Below, piece by piece: positions 49,718 through 62,100 of a DNA stretch of 64,000 nt (its first letter is position 1; every line of letters starts with the position of its first letter). The stretch is from positions 1,167,249-1,231,248 of the forward strand of contig BDGG01000005.1 of NCBI GenBank assembly GCA_001949185.1. The letters run 5' to 3'. The stretch is from Ramazzottius varieornatus. Lineage: Eukaryota; Animalia; Tardigrada. Below the pieces are notes generated by a model that did not search any database, had not been told where the DNA came from, and saw only the letters and a list, made by a program, of their open reading frames with translations. A program made the position numbers and the translations under genes.

Positions 49718-51578
49718 CTAGTCGAAATTTCGGGCAGTTTCGTTACTTGCACCGTCGGAAAAACTTGAGTCCTTCTCCACCGTGGTTCCGCTCAATAGGT
49801 AACCACCGCTACCCGACATGTTGTTCTCAGGGTGTGTCCTGGATGGGAGGACTTGGTACAATCTGAGCCATGTCTCGTTGAGGCACACCCGGACAGCTCT
49901 TCCAGAACTCCTAACTGCCTGGAAGGTCTCGACTAAAGGTTCTCGAAAAGAGCTATGGACTACAAAGTTTCTCGAAAGACCCAAGAACGGCAGGAGGAAC
50001 AGCAGAATCGTCTTCGGGTGGTGCTTCGAAGCAATCATCAGCCTACAAGATGTTTGGTTCAGCGAAAAACTTCTATCCTTACTTTTGACCCCTACTGTAA
50101 CGGATTGGGAAGCACTCACGAGTCCATAAGGTGGTTTTTTATGAAGCGGGCAGATTCTTGCTGGGCGTCATTCAGCTTTCTCCTCTTCACTGGTGGTTCC
50201 GAAATTTCCAAGGGTTCCACGCCATTCTGCAGTATCTCGACGGTAGGACTGATAACTTCGAGGTTGTCGATGGAAAGGTGGTAGATACTCCGCGTCCATT
50301 CCTCCGGAAAGCCGAACACCTCGTACGCAGGACTACAGGGACAGGCTCAGTGACATACAAGAAATTAAAAAGATATTCCTACCGCTTAACGTCAGTGCGA
50401 CTAATGAGTAGTCACTTACATTATGGGTTGAGGACCAGGATGTACGTGAACGATCTTCCCTCTTCCTCCCATCCTTTCCATGGCCGCGGCCAAGAGTAGT
50501 CCTTGGACACCATCGACTACCATCACGTTAGAGCCGGCGTGAATGTTCGAATTGGAAAGCATAATAGCCAATGTATCCAGCCTCAGGTAACTGCGAAACA
50601 TCAACACTGGTTTCTCACAGAAAAACCCAAAGCAATCTCCGTACGAACTGAACCTTACTTGATTCTTTGAGGTTTTCCGCATCCGTAAACCTCGCAGACG
50701 AGACGAAGCGTAGGACGGAGAATCCTGAACCGGAAGACATGCCTATAGTGGATGAAAGCGTTAGCGTGAAGGAACCAGCCGGTTAGTAAATACGGGGCAC
50801 ATAGTCTGCTTGTGGGTCTTACTTGTCTTTCTTCTTCTGAATATACTTTTCTTTGGCATATTCTTGTCGAGTTTCGAAAGTAAGACTGTTTTGTACCAGG
50901 CTATCGATAATTTCTTTGCCTTTGACTCCTTGGGCTTTCATGGCGGTGATCTCGCCGGTGGTCAGAGACTGGGCCGTGCTGTTGTCCACAAGGTTGCGAT
51001 TGTCTCCACCGGTCTCACCATCTTCCACATCTAAAAACAGCAAAGCTTCGTTAAAAGAAATATTCGAGTCGCTCTTGCGATATCAAAACGACCCCGGCTT
51101 ATGTTTAACCAAGAGGGTTCAACTAAGTGAGGCAAATTGAGATCGCCGTTTGAGACCTTGCTCGAAATGCCGTGCAAGTACCCCACATCTCGGCGCAGCA
51201 CGTCATTCGCTTAAACTCAAATTACACGCGTGCACTTGATGACGTCATGTGCGTACTTTATAACTCGTACTGCTTTACCGGCGGTAAAATCGTCGTCTTC
51301 CAATTCCCCTTCCTCAACGCGTTCGAATTTTCCCGCGTGTTTATTCCACTCCACCAGGGTGCCATAAGCTAAGCCAACAATGTCATCAGTTTTCGTTTTC
51401 AGCTTGCTAATCACAAGCGATCTGAAAAACGGAATATCAGCCCTTCATGGTTCATCCAACAGGCCATTCGCTCTTACTTTCCGTGTCCGACGATGCCATC
51501 TTTGCTCCAGTCTTTCCTCTGGAAGATAACGCGATCGCTATCCTTAATGATGTTTGCGTCAAAGGTATCAGCATCCAT
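49718..51578 (-). CDS. TRMT6: tRNA (adenine58-N1)-methyltransferase non-catalytic subunit TRM6/Gcd10
   Basis: DNRNLVDN.TAQSLT..EI..MK..G..G.EII..LV.NS.TF..RQEYAKEKYI.KK, LRLDTLAIMLS.SNI, GLLLAAAMERMGG, ETWLR.YQVLP.RTHP...MSGSGGYLLSG. Confidence 0.95.
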
Positions 51579-53844
51579 GTTCGAACTAGTTGATGCAGAT
51601 GTCCGGAAAATGTGGCGGAGAAAACTCGAAAGTTGGAAAATGGAAATTGGAGTCTTGGAGAATTCAAGTTTGGAATGACTGTGGTGTCAATTGATTGCTG
51701 ATTGAATATTTTATTGTGGTTGCATCATAAACCTGCGTACTACCCACAGAGGACGCCACCACCCACCGTTTGCACGAAACGAAGAGCCATCGCAGCGTCA
51801 CCGAAAGGGCCATATAACAGACTTCCCTTAGTACCTCTGTCAAGTCGTAATTGTGCTGATGATTTAGCTAACATAGACGACAGTTGGTTTTACGATAAAT
51901 ACTCGGAGACCCTGCGCGGGTATCCCGCCTTATCTGGCGGCGGACTGGGCGTTATCTTCTAACAAAATTTTATGACTGTCGCACGTGGCGATGCTTTGAA
52001 GTACCGTACGGAGCTCAGTACTGACTGACCAATAAAGTTTTGACATCTTATCACTCTGTGATTTGTAGTCTTGGTTTGCTTCTTACGAAATCAGACTTCA
52101 AGAAGATATTGTGTCTGGTACGTCGTTTTCCTGCAGTTACTGAAGATTAGCTCTTAGGTGTGACGATGGTCAGCCTACCCAACCGTTATGGTGACGAAGA
52201 CCCTCGGACACCCTCCAGAAGCGTCAACACCATAATCGAGCATTTTAGTAGTGCGGGAATATCCAGTAATAACTGGAATGCAGGACTACCGACAGACCCC
52301 GAAAACCCTGAGACCCAAGGCGGATAACTGCCCACATATTCTGTGCGGGATCACGCGAGTTGAATTTCGAAGACCTACGGACTCTCCCGGAATCTGCTGA
52401 TCCCCGTTTTCATTCGAGGTCCAGTTTGCCAAACTCATTTTCCAAGGTAAGTCTGATGTTGATCTCACGATTGTCCCGATACATGTCCCTGGGGGACTTC
52501 CGCTTCGTTTGATCACCAACGTGATGATGCCGGCTTCGAAGTGCTTGCACATGGTAGTGCGGCTCCCGCTTTGACCACAGTACCTACTAAACCACCGAGG
52601 TTCAAGAGCTAATAATGCTACGATCGGAGGCGTGTAGCTTTGATGCTTGCTAATTAGGCCTCTTCACCTGCCTTCCAGTTCATACTGCATCTCATTCAGC
52701 CGGTGAGACTACATTTCTGAAATAATTTGCGCCATTTGGCTATTCAGCGGACTGAGTGGACAGCATCCGCCTCCGGTGTCGCCCTCACCCCACGAGCTTT
52801 ATGGTTGGGTCTGGCAACCACTTCCGCAGCTTATCACCACCCATGGCGCTAACCGTGCTACGAGAAATATCTGACCGCACTTTTGCCCGATCCGGAATTC
52901 TTAGATGGGAGTATCATACAATGGCGCTTGCATAAACCTTCGAAGCGATTTCGAGTTGCATCACGTCCTTGAAGCTCTCCTGGGCAGCTGATTACACTTC
53001 CTAAATGAGGGTGTTATTCGAGTGAGCGCGCGAACACGTTGAGTCGCAGAAGATGCTCTTGATTGACGTGCCGCATAATAAAGCCTTTACAATATCAAGT
53101 GGCCACCATGAAGTTATAAGGCACAAAACGCTTTATTGAAACATCTGATTGTAAATACAAACCGCGAAGAAAAATGATATAAAATCTAGCCGTGGCCAAT
53201 AACTACCCTGAGATGAGTTTGAAGCTTAACGTTACCGCAGAAGGATGTTCGCCGCAAAGTCGGTAAATATCGACGGCGGTCAGACCGAGCAAATTTATGG
53301 TCGTGACAACTTGTGAGAACACATTTGGTGGTCCTTGGAGCCACAGATTAGTGCTTCAACAGATGGATCTATTAAATAATCAAACATATTAGTACCGGAT
53401 GTGGTGCTGCCGAAATATTATACTGTAAGATGGTCTACATAGATTAGCTATTACAATAAATTAATATTACTCTACGGTACGTGAACTTGGCGGTTTATTC
53501 CTACGGCATTTCGTACCAGAAGGCATTTAGCGGTCTAATTAATTATGGAATCATCGTCCATCAAAATGACATAGCTGCCGAATTTGCCGTTGTGATATGA
53601 CAGGCGGTCGTTTTTTACAAATGTGGCGTTAACCTGAAAACACGCCACTGGATTACCGGTGTATAAATTAATCCAAAGGCTTCTCTGTGTTTAACTATCA
53701 GATTTGACGGGTTCACCATCGAGGATTAGTACTGTAAATATGTCAAATTGTACACACTTATTCTACGAGTCGACCCACCATTTAATAACAATAACAATCA
53801 TACAAAGATATCAAAGCTCATTATTGTTTCCGATGTGGAATATT

Positions 53845-53980
53845 GGAGAGCTCGGCAGGCAAATTCGAGAAGATCGATTAACCCAAGGGGGTTAAGTGGC
53901 GCACGCTCGCCGTGGATAACACAGAAAACGTGCGCCACTTGGAAGAGTGATCCTGTCGAGTTTGTTCGCCGAGCTCCGAG
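53845..53980. mobile_element. Family-1 palindromic element (between TRMT6 and spectrin)
   Basis: GAGCTCGGC...AAGTGGCGCAC-N25-GTGCGCCACTTGG...TTCGCCGAGCTCC. Confidence 0.8.
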
Positions 53981-56152
53981 TTACGATGGTGTTTAGATTT
54001 GTTTCATTGTTCGACGGAAGGATTCCGTTATTTATGTCTGCAAAGCATTGCTCGTGTCAGCATACTATTACAGGGATTTGAGAATAGTATTTAGCTCAGG
54101 CTTGGCATTTCTGTAGGATGTCTACTTAGCGCGGTTCTTGTGAGGAATGTCAAAAATGATTAGTGACTACCCCAACCTTGTGCGGAGACGCTGTTCTTGT
54201 GGTCTTCGTCATCGCGGACTTTGTAGTCTCGCCTTATGTTTACTCATTGTTGTTTCCGCAACGCCTCGTTTGGTGTCAGCACATCTTTGGTCCTTCGTCG
54301 ATGTTGTACAAGCAGTCGGTAAAGTAAATGCTCGTCTGTAGAAAGTGAACATCTTTGAGCCGCGAACACACTTTGCAAAATCATTGTTATCCATTTCTTA
54401 CCGCTTGTCAGTCCAAGAGGTACTCTTCGTGCCCGCGCACACCGGAAGCTTCTGTTTTGATGCATGCAATATACTAACTTAGTTCATGTCTATCTATTGT
54501 CCTGATGATCCGCAGCAAGGAGCCGACCTGAACAAAGGGTTCGTAACTGTGTGTTGCGCATCGCGACAGTTCCTACAGAGAGCAACCACGTGTTGTTTGC
54601 TGGTATTTGGGATTTACTGTGATGATATTTCGCAATTACTTCTGGATCCGTGTTCGGTTTGGAACTGTTGTATGTTGTTGGTGCGCTCGGAGGCGCGACT
54701 TCCTCGTGGGTACGTCTCGAGTGTTCTGTCAGCATTTTCGTGGCTTGATGTACTGTACTGCACACGGGTTACGGGACGTAGGTCTGTAAACCCGAAAACA
54801 AATAACACTAAACATAAATAAATCTGTTAGATGAGGAATAAGAGCAAAGTGGTGATGCGCTCACAGTGAGCGGGGGACATGTGTCCGACCAGGAAGTACG
54901 CGCTGGGCGTGGCACCTCAGTACGTGATCCGAGCGATTCCAGGCGATGGCGAGAACTGCATGGAGTATCCGTGCCAACTCTCTTTCTGGAGTCCACCAAA
55001 TTATCCATCTACTGGTCAAGTGCAGACCAAAGAGGAATCGGAATCAATTATCGATCTTCCGATCCTGGAGTTCATTTACCAGTTTTCCATTGCTTCCGAT
55101 TAAGTTGGAATTATCTATCAGTGTTGATGTCTCCATTTTCTGGAAAGACGGCACGCAAACTCGTTACTCAGCGGGAGATCAATAGATTTTAGCAGGGAAT
55201 TAGTAAGCCTGGTATCAAATGACTCACATCTGCTCTTTTGGACCTCTGGTCTTTTCCCAGTGATTCAAAAGAGATGGTCAGAAAGGGAATCATCAAGGCC
55301 GGTTGGTGCAGACGATCAGAGCAACTCGATCTCAGAGATGCTCGGTCTGCGATCGCTTCCGGATGTTAGCTTTTCCGAACGACGGTCGTGGTTATTATTC
55401 TTTCGCTCTCTGCTGAAACTTCTGAGATATTTTTGGTGCTGTTGACTATATTTCAGCGAGATTTCGAGGCGATTACGGTAATGGCGATCCACCTTTTCTG
55501 AGAAACTTGATAAGATTCCTTCGTGGTTATCTCTGTCCATCGCGCTATCGTGAGCCTACAGGGATGTCACGGCGTCATGCTCTGACAGCTTTTATGTAAA
55601 TCTGTCAGCCGCTATCCACACTCGTTGCTGGCATCAAAACCGGCTACAATAGCAGAATGCAGCGAAATGTTTGTTTATTTTGGGCGGTACAGGAAAAACG
55701 ATTCGTTTCGCTGGTTATTTTGTTTCGATCTCCACATCCGGAAATTTCAACCGGACGGCGGATGCCGATTACCTTATCTGGCGGAACAGAAGTACCCTGT
55801 ACCAATAACTACGTCACACCAGTTAGCGTATGGCGTATGGTTTGTTAAGCCTCTAGTGGGCTGGCTTTTGACGTCATGCGCTAACTATATATACGGATTC
55901 TGGAAACGTGGCGGATTGAGTTTCACCCTTTGTACCTACGTCATTTACCAGTACAGTAGCTGCCTACTGGTCGTGCTTGATTGCTGGCATTTTCGATTGC
56001 GACCTGTCCTTCATTCCAACCACATTCCGCGGCTAATTATGCTTTCTCAGCGTTCTCCTTGCTTGCAGGTCATACCTCTGCTTGTGCAACACTTGCGACT
56101 GCTGAGGATCTAGTGGATCACCCATCATCTTGCTTCGACAACAACCGGTAGG

Positions 56153-59100
56153 ATGGCCAGCACCAGTTCCAACGGCCACCGTGCAAGCGCCGGCGTAGGT
56201 GACGATATCATGTTTGAGGCTGGACGCATCAACGTTCTCAAGGAAGAACGGCAGTATATCCAGAAAAAGACGTTTACAAAATGGGTTAATTCGTATCTGA
56301 ACAAGGTAAGTGGAGAACTGAACTCAAAACTATTTTTTACTCAGGGATATTTGGGGCGGAAAGGGGTTAATCTTGTTCGAGTTGATTGAAGAGTAATCAT
56401 TGATTTTGTGCTGCAGGTGAACATGCATGTGAACGACTTGTTTGTGGACTTGGGAGACGGCAAGGCTTTGCTCAAGCTGCTGGAGATCATTTCCGGAGAG
56501 AAGATTGGCAAGCCCAGCAATGGAAAAATGCGCGTCCATAAAGTCGAGAATTTGAACAAGTCGTTGGCGTTTCTACACACGAAGGTAAACCAATAAACTT
56601 TGTATCAACTTTATCGGCAGTTATTTACATCCCCACCGTCCAGGACGTGTTGACTCTGCAAACTTTACGATGTTTACCCAGTCAAATTATTTACTTTGTT
56701 CTGTAATTTTGCTTATCCTAGTGGCCGTTGATTCTATGCTTATTGAATCGCTGGCCAAAGAAAACATACCCATGTCAAAGTGGATAATTGTTTTTGAGCG
56801 CGAGTCTGAAGAGATCCGTCATTCACGTAGGCGGCGCACTCGAAACTCCCACGCGCTCTCTAGCATTGTGTAGGCGTGGGACCTACCTCGTTCCTACCAC
56901 ACACAACGCTATAGGCTAACGAGATTGCGCCGCTCAAGCGTGCTATGAGTAAACTGCTGCAGGCTTTCAGCGTTTCTAGACTTCTTAGCATAGTTTCCAC
57001 CAACTGATAGTACTCTGTAGTACAGAGACCCAGTGTGTTTCTGCAAGAGTGTCAAATGGGTTCGTTAGACACAATACGAGTTTGTTGAGGAATGGCTGAG
57101 TGGGTTCGCTGAGTGTTCAAGCATAACGACCGCTACTTTTTTCGTTGATGTGCTTTTTTCCTTCTGTCTGCAGGCAGAGGCGTATCTTGCAGTAATCGTA
57201 ACGGTGCTTTACCCCTTCATTAAAATGCATCATATCTGTTTTATTTTGTTTGTAGGTTCGCCTGGAAAGTATTGGGGCGGAAGACATTGTCGATGGCAAT
57301 CCGACACTCATTCTTGGTCTCATTTGGACAATCATCCTCCGTTTCCTGGTCGACATCAAGATTCCAGCGGAGGTATGTGGTCTTTCCGGTCTTTCTCGCT
57401 TCTCCATCGAACGAGTGGATGACTGGTGCGGTGATTATAGGATGAGCCAGAAGCACCGCAACGATCAGGCAAAGAAGCTCTGCTGTTGTGGACCCAACAG
57501 AAGACTCGCGGGTACCAAGGCGTCAAAGTCGACAACTTCACCAGCAGCTGGAAGAACGGGCTGGCTTTCAACGCCCTCATTCACGCTCACTACCCAGACC
57601 TGGTCGATTTCGAGAGCCTCAGAGCCGATCAGCCTCTGGACAACTTGAAAAACGCCTTTGACGTCGCTGAAAGACATCTTGGCTTGAGTCGTTTACTCGA
57701 CCCCGAAGGTAAAGCAGGCTAGTTCTTGGACGATAGGTTCCTATTCTGAGTTCACCAAACTAGGAAAAAAGTCTGACTTGCGGTGTTCTTACCAGACATT
57801 CTGGAGCGACCCGATGAGAAGTCTGTGATCACTTACGTTTCGACGTATTATCACAAGTTCGCCGGTCTGAAGACTGGTCAGATTGCTCAGAAACGTATCA
57901 ACAAGGTAGGAAAACAAAAGCGACATTCTTGCGAAACATTCTTTTAAAATAAATTTTGTGGCTTCGGGTATTTAGATTATTGGAAGTTTGGTCGATATCG
58001 ATCGACTGAAGACAACTTACGAGAAGTTGTGCTCCGACCTGATCAAATGGCTGATTCGCAAGACGGGCGAGCTGAAAGACCGCTCGTTCCCTAATCGAAA
58101 AGATGGTCTGCAGAAGGAGTTCGCCAGGTTTAAAGAGTATCGTTCCAAGGAGAAGCCACCCCGAATGATGGAACGCGGCAACATCGAAGTGGCGTTCTTC
58201 GAGATCCAGACCAAATCCAAGGACCTCGGTCAGAAGGCTTACGTCCCTCCCGAAGGTTACACCATTCAGTTGGTGGACCAACACTGGAAGCAACTGGAAG
58301 TGGCGGAACATCAACGTGAAATGGCACTGAGGGAGGCTATGGTGCGGCTGGAAAGACTCGAACGCCTTGCTGACAAATTCAAGAAAAAGGTCAGGGAAAA
58401 CCTGCCTAACCCTTCTTTGGTTTTTGGATCTCTAAAGCTCAGTTTGGTGTGTATTTTTGCAGGCTGAACTGAGAAGTGCCTGGTTGAAAGAGATGACGAC
58501 CCTCCTGACAAACCAGAAAGTCGGAAAAACTATCCCTCAGATCGACGCGACTTTGAAGAAGTTCGAAGCCATCAAAGCTGATATTCAACCAAGAGTAAGA
58601 CAAAGTTCTGGTGTTGTGCTTTCATGCGAGGCACTTTCTGGTGGCGTGAAGTGTTTTTTTTATGTGTGACAGGAGGAAAGGTTCGCTGAGTTGATGGCGA
58701 TGTCAGATGAGCTGTCCAAGGAAGACTACTACGACAAGGAAGCCATCGAGCGCCGAGCAGACGACATTCTGGTCAAGTGGAATGCCTTGTTGGAACTTCT
58801 GCAAAAGCGACGACTCGTGCTGGAGAAGCTGGGAAGTCTGGTTGACATGATCCGGGATGCCGACTCGCTGTATGCTGACCTAAAGCATCTCGAGGTAATT
58901 TCGACGTCTTTTCTGGTTCTTCAAATGAGAATTTTCTAACATGCTGTTTTTCGGTTCGAAGGCGCAACTGAGATCGACTGACAACGGACAGAACCTTGAG
59001 ACTGTCCAGGCTCTTCTGCAGAAGCACACTCTGATCGAAGCGGAACTGCAGAAGATGGGGAATCTCCTGAATGATTTGAACACCAAAGCGCCTCGTGTGA

Positions 59101-62100
59101 TGAAGGAAGCTGGTGATGAAGGCGAGCTGCTGACACACTCTTTGACTCGCGTCAATGATCAGTACAAAATGTAGGCCTTTAGTGTGTGAAATCCTAGAAC
59201 TTTAGGAGCTCTAGTTCAATATGTTTAATGCGTCGATCATGTTATGCTTTCAGTGTCCAAGGACTGGCTCAGAACCGCGCCAAGAAACTGAGCGAGGTCT
59301 TGGTCTACTACCAGTTCGAAGTCGATGCCGAAGAGGAAGACTCATGGGCGATGGAGAAACTGCGAGCTTTGGAAAGCCTCCCCATCCCCCGAGATGCCCG
59401 ACAGGCGGAAATGTACCAACAAAAGGCCAAGGTAAGCTTGTTTCAAAAGAACATCGAAGATATGTAATGGTTCATTGAAGGAGTTTCCAGTTCACGGCTT
59501 GACAAACTAGCACGACAAGATTGCCTGCCGAAGTTGCGTATGATTTCAGTGTTTTCGGCTTAAAGCGTGCGCCAGTTGGAGAAACTATCTGGCCGAGTTT
59601 TTTTGCCGACGTAAGACAAGTTTACTAAACCGTTGCATAACTTTGTGTCCTTCAAGGTGATGGAAACCGAACTGAGCGCTCGATATCCGAAAGTCCAATC
59701 GCTGCAAGCCACGGGTGAAAGTCTGGTGTCGAAAGGCCATCCGTTTAGAAACCGAATTCAGAATCGTCTGGCCTCATTGACTGAACATTGGACTAATCTT
59801 CGGTCGCTGCTGAAAGACTTCCTACAGAGCATGGACGCCGGCCTCGAGTACTTCCACTACCACTCAGACGCTAACGAAATTGAGTCGTGGCTGAAGGAAG
59901 CCTTAACTATCCTGACAAGCCTGGACTCTGCATCTGATGTTGACGATGTCGAACCACTGATTAAGCGCCATCACAACTTGGAAGAAGAAATCAGCGCCTT
60001 TGAACCGGATGTCAAGAGACTGGGCGAACAGTCGCAGAACTTGCAGCGCTATGGGGCGATCTTCAAAAAGATCAGTGAAGCGGCAAGAACCATCGTCAGT
60101 CCGGATAGGGAAATAGCCCGGAGTGTCTCGACCACTGAATCAACTGAAGAACAAAAAATTCCACAGGTATAAAAAATAACACAGAAAGAAACATGATACA
60201 GGAGAAAGAAAGAAACAATTGAACAAAACTCAAGAACAAAATCAACTGCAGACAATAATTTTGAGAAAGACCAGAGTACAATTTCAGACACAACGAACAA
60301 CTCCCAAATACGAAAACGTAATGATTTACTAACAATTTTCTTTCGTTGATGGGACGGATCTCTCGGTGCAGACCTGCAGAGCGAAAATTTTCTGTTTTAG
60401 TGTAAAATAAGATTCAGCTCGTTTTTGAAATTTTAGAACAAGAATGGCTTCTCACGAGAGTTTCGTTCGTAGGTTGCAGTCATGTATCCTTTCAGCGTTG
60501 GGGAGCTGAAAGACGTGAAGAAAGGTGAAGTGATGACGCTGGTGGACAAGCCGGAAGACGAGTGGTGGTTTGTCCGAAGAGATGATGGTGTCGTGGGCGC
60601 TGCTCCTGCGAACCACCTGAAAGAGATCGACCCGAGAATCGTCCGGAAGACGGTGACGGTGGTCCAGCAGACCAAGAGTGGAACCTCGGTGCAGAGAACC
60701 GCGTCGATGCATTTCCCCAAAGAAGTTCCTGTCCAATTGGATCCCAGACACGTCTCCGAAAGGTATAATACCATCTCGAAATCGTTTGTCCAGCTCAAGA
60801 ACGAAGCTGCTGAACGACGCAAGCTGTTGGGTGAAGCTGCTGGCGTGCGTGAGTTCCTCCGGGTAAGTGTTGCTGGACAGGAAATCAATAATAATTTTAC
60901 TCAAAAAAGTACTTTGTTTGAAAACCGAATAAATTTTGGAGAATTAAATGCTTCCGGAGTAACTCCAGCGTGAATGTTTTGTCAGTTTCGGGAATATGTT
61001 GAAAATCTTAGAAAATCAAAAATGATTTTTGAATACACTGGGAGCTCGGCAAATTCCTTTCCTAAGTGACGCACAATTCCAGCGTTGTTTGCTGGAAGTG
61101 TGCGCTACTTGGAAAAACGATTTTGTCGAGCTAGTTTGCCTACGGAAATTGTGTCAACGGGTGTTGATTGCACTGATTTCCAGGAATGTGATGAGTTGAA
61201 GCACTGGATATCCGAGCAGACCTTCTCGGTGCTGGCTGACAACTCTGAAGAGCCGGCTTCGCATCAGCAGAAGCGTTTCGACGACAAATTCCGGCCAGAA
61301 TTTAGCACTCGGAAGAAGCAATTCGCCGAGTTGCAGAAGACTGGCGCGGACTTGATAGCTCGCAAGCATCGTAGCTCGCGAGATGCCAAGAACGCTTTGG
61401 ATGAACTGAAGGGTCTCTGGCACCATCTGGAAGAGCTCCGTCAAGCCAAAGAGAAGGACCTCGAGTATCGAAATGGCATGGAACAGTATACGGAGACTGT
61501 CAAGAACGCCACTGAATACATCACAACCAAGACTGTTACACTCAGAATCGAAGTGCCGGTTAAGGGTGACATTGCCGCCATGAGAAACCTCCACAAGAAG
61601 ATTGCTAATTCGGAAAGAGAATTGGTGCCGATTCAACAAGTCATCGAGACGGTGAGAAGCAGAGGCGAACCGCTGAAGACTAAGTACCCGCAAGAAGAAC
61701 CATTCATCACGGCGAAGGAGAAAGAACTTCAGTCACAAGCAAAGAAGCTACAGGTATGAACTGTCCTTGTTTCTGAAATGCTCGGATTCCATTAGAAAAC
61801 GATGGAGAATCATGGAAGAGCAGTAGGCAGAAGCGATATAACGCACTTGCATACAAATACGCAGGGCTCGATGCAAAGCATAGTGTATGTGGGTGGTTGA
61901 AAGACATGGCCGTCCTGCTTGTTGGTTCTCTTCGATTAAAGGGAATACGGTTCTGCACCCCTTTTTACTTTGGTTTTGCTTCCTGATTGACGTTGACTCT
62001 GTTTTCCAGGAATATTTGGCGGCGAAGAGAAGCGAGCTGGAAGGTGACGTCTCGCAGTCGCTCTTCGAGAGCGCTGTCGACGACCTGATGGACTGGTGTG

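Noticed and set aside
52745-52820. tRNA or SINE-like A-box (GGACTGAGTGG)
   Set aside because: No B-box or cloverleaf.
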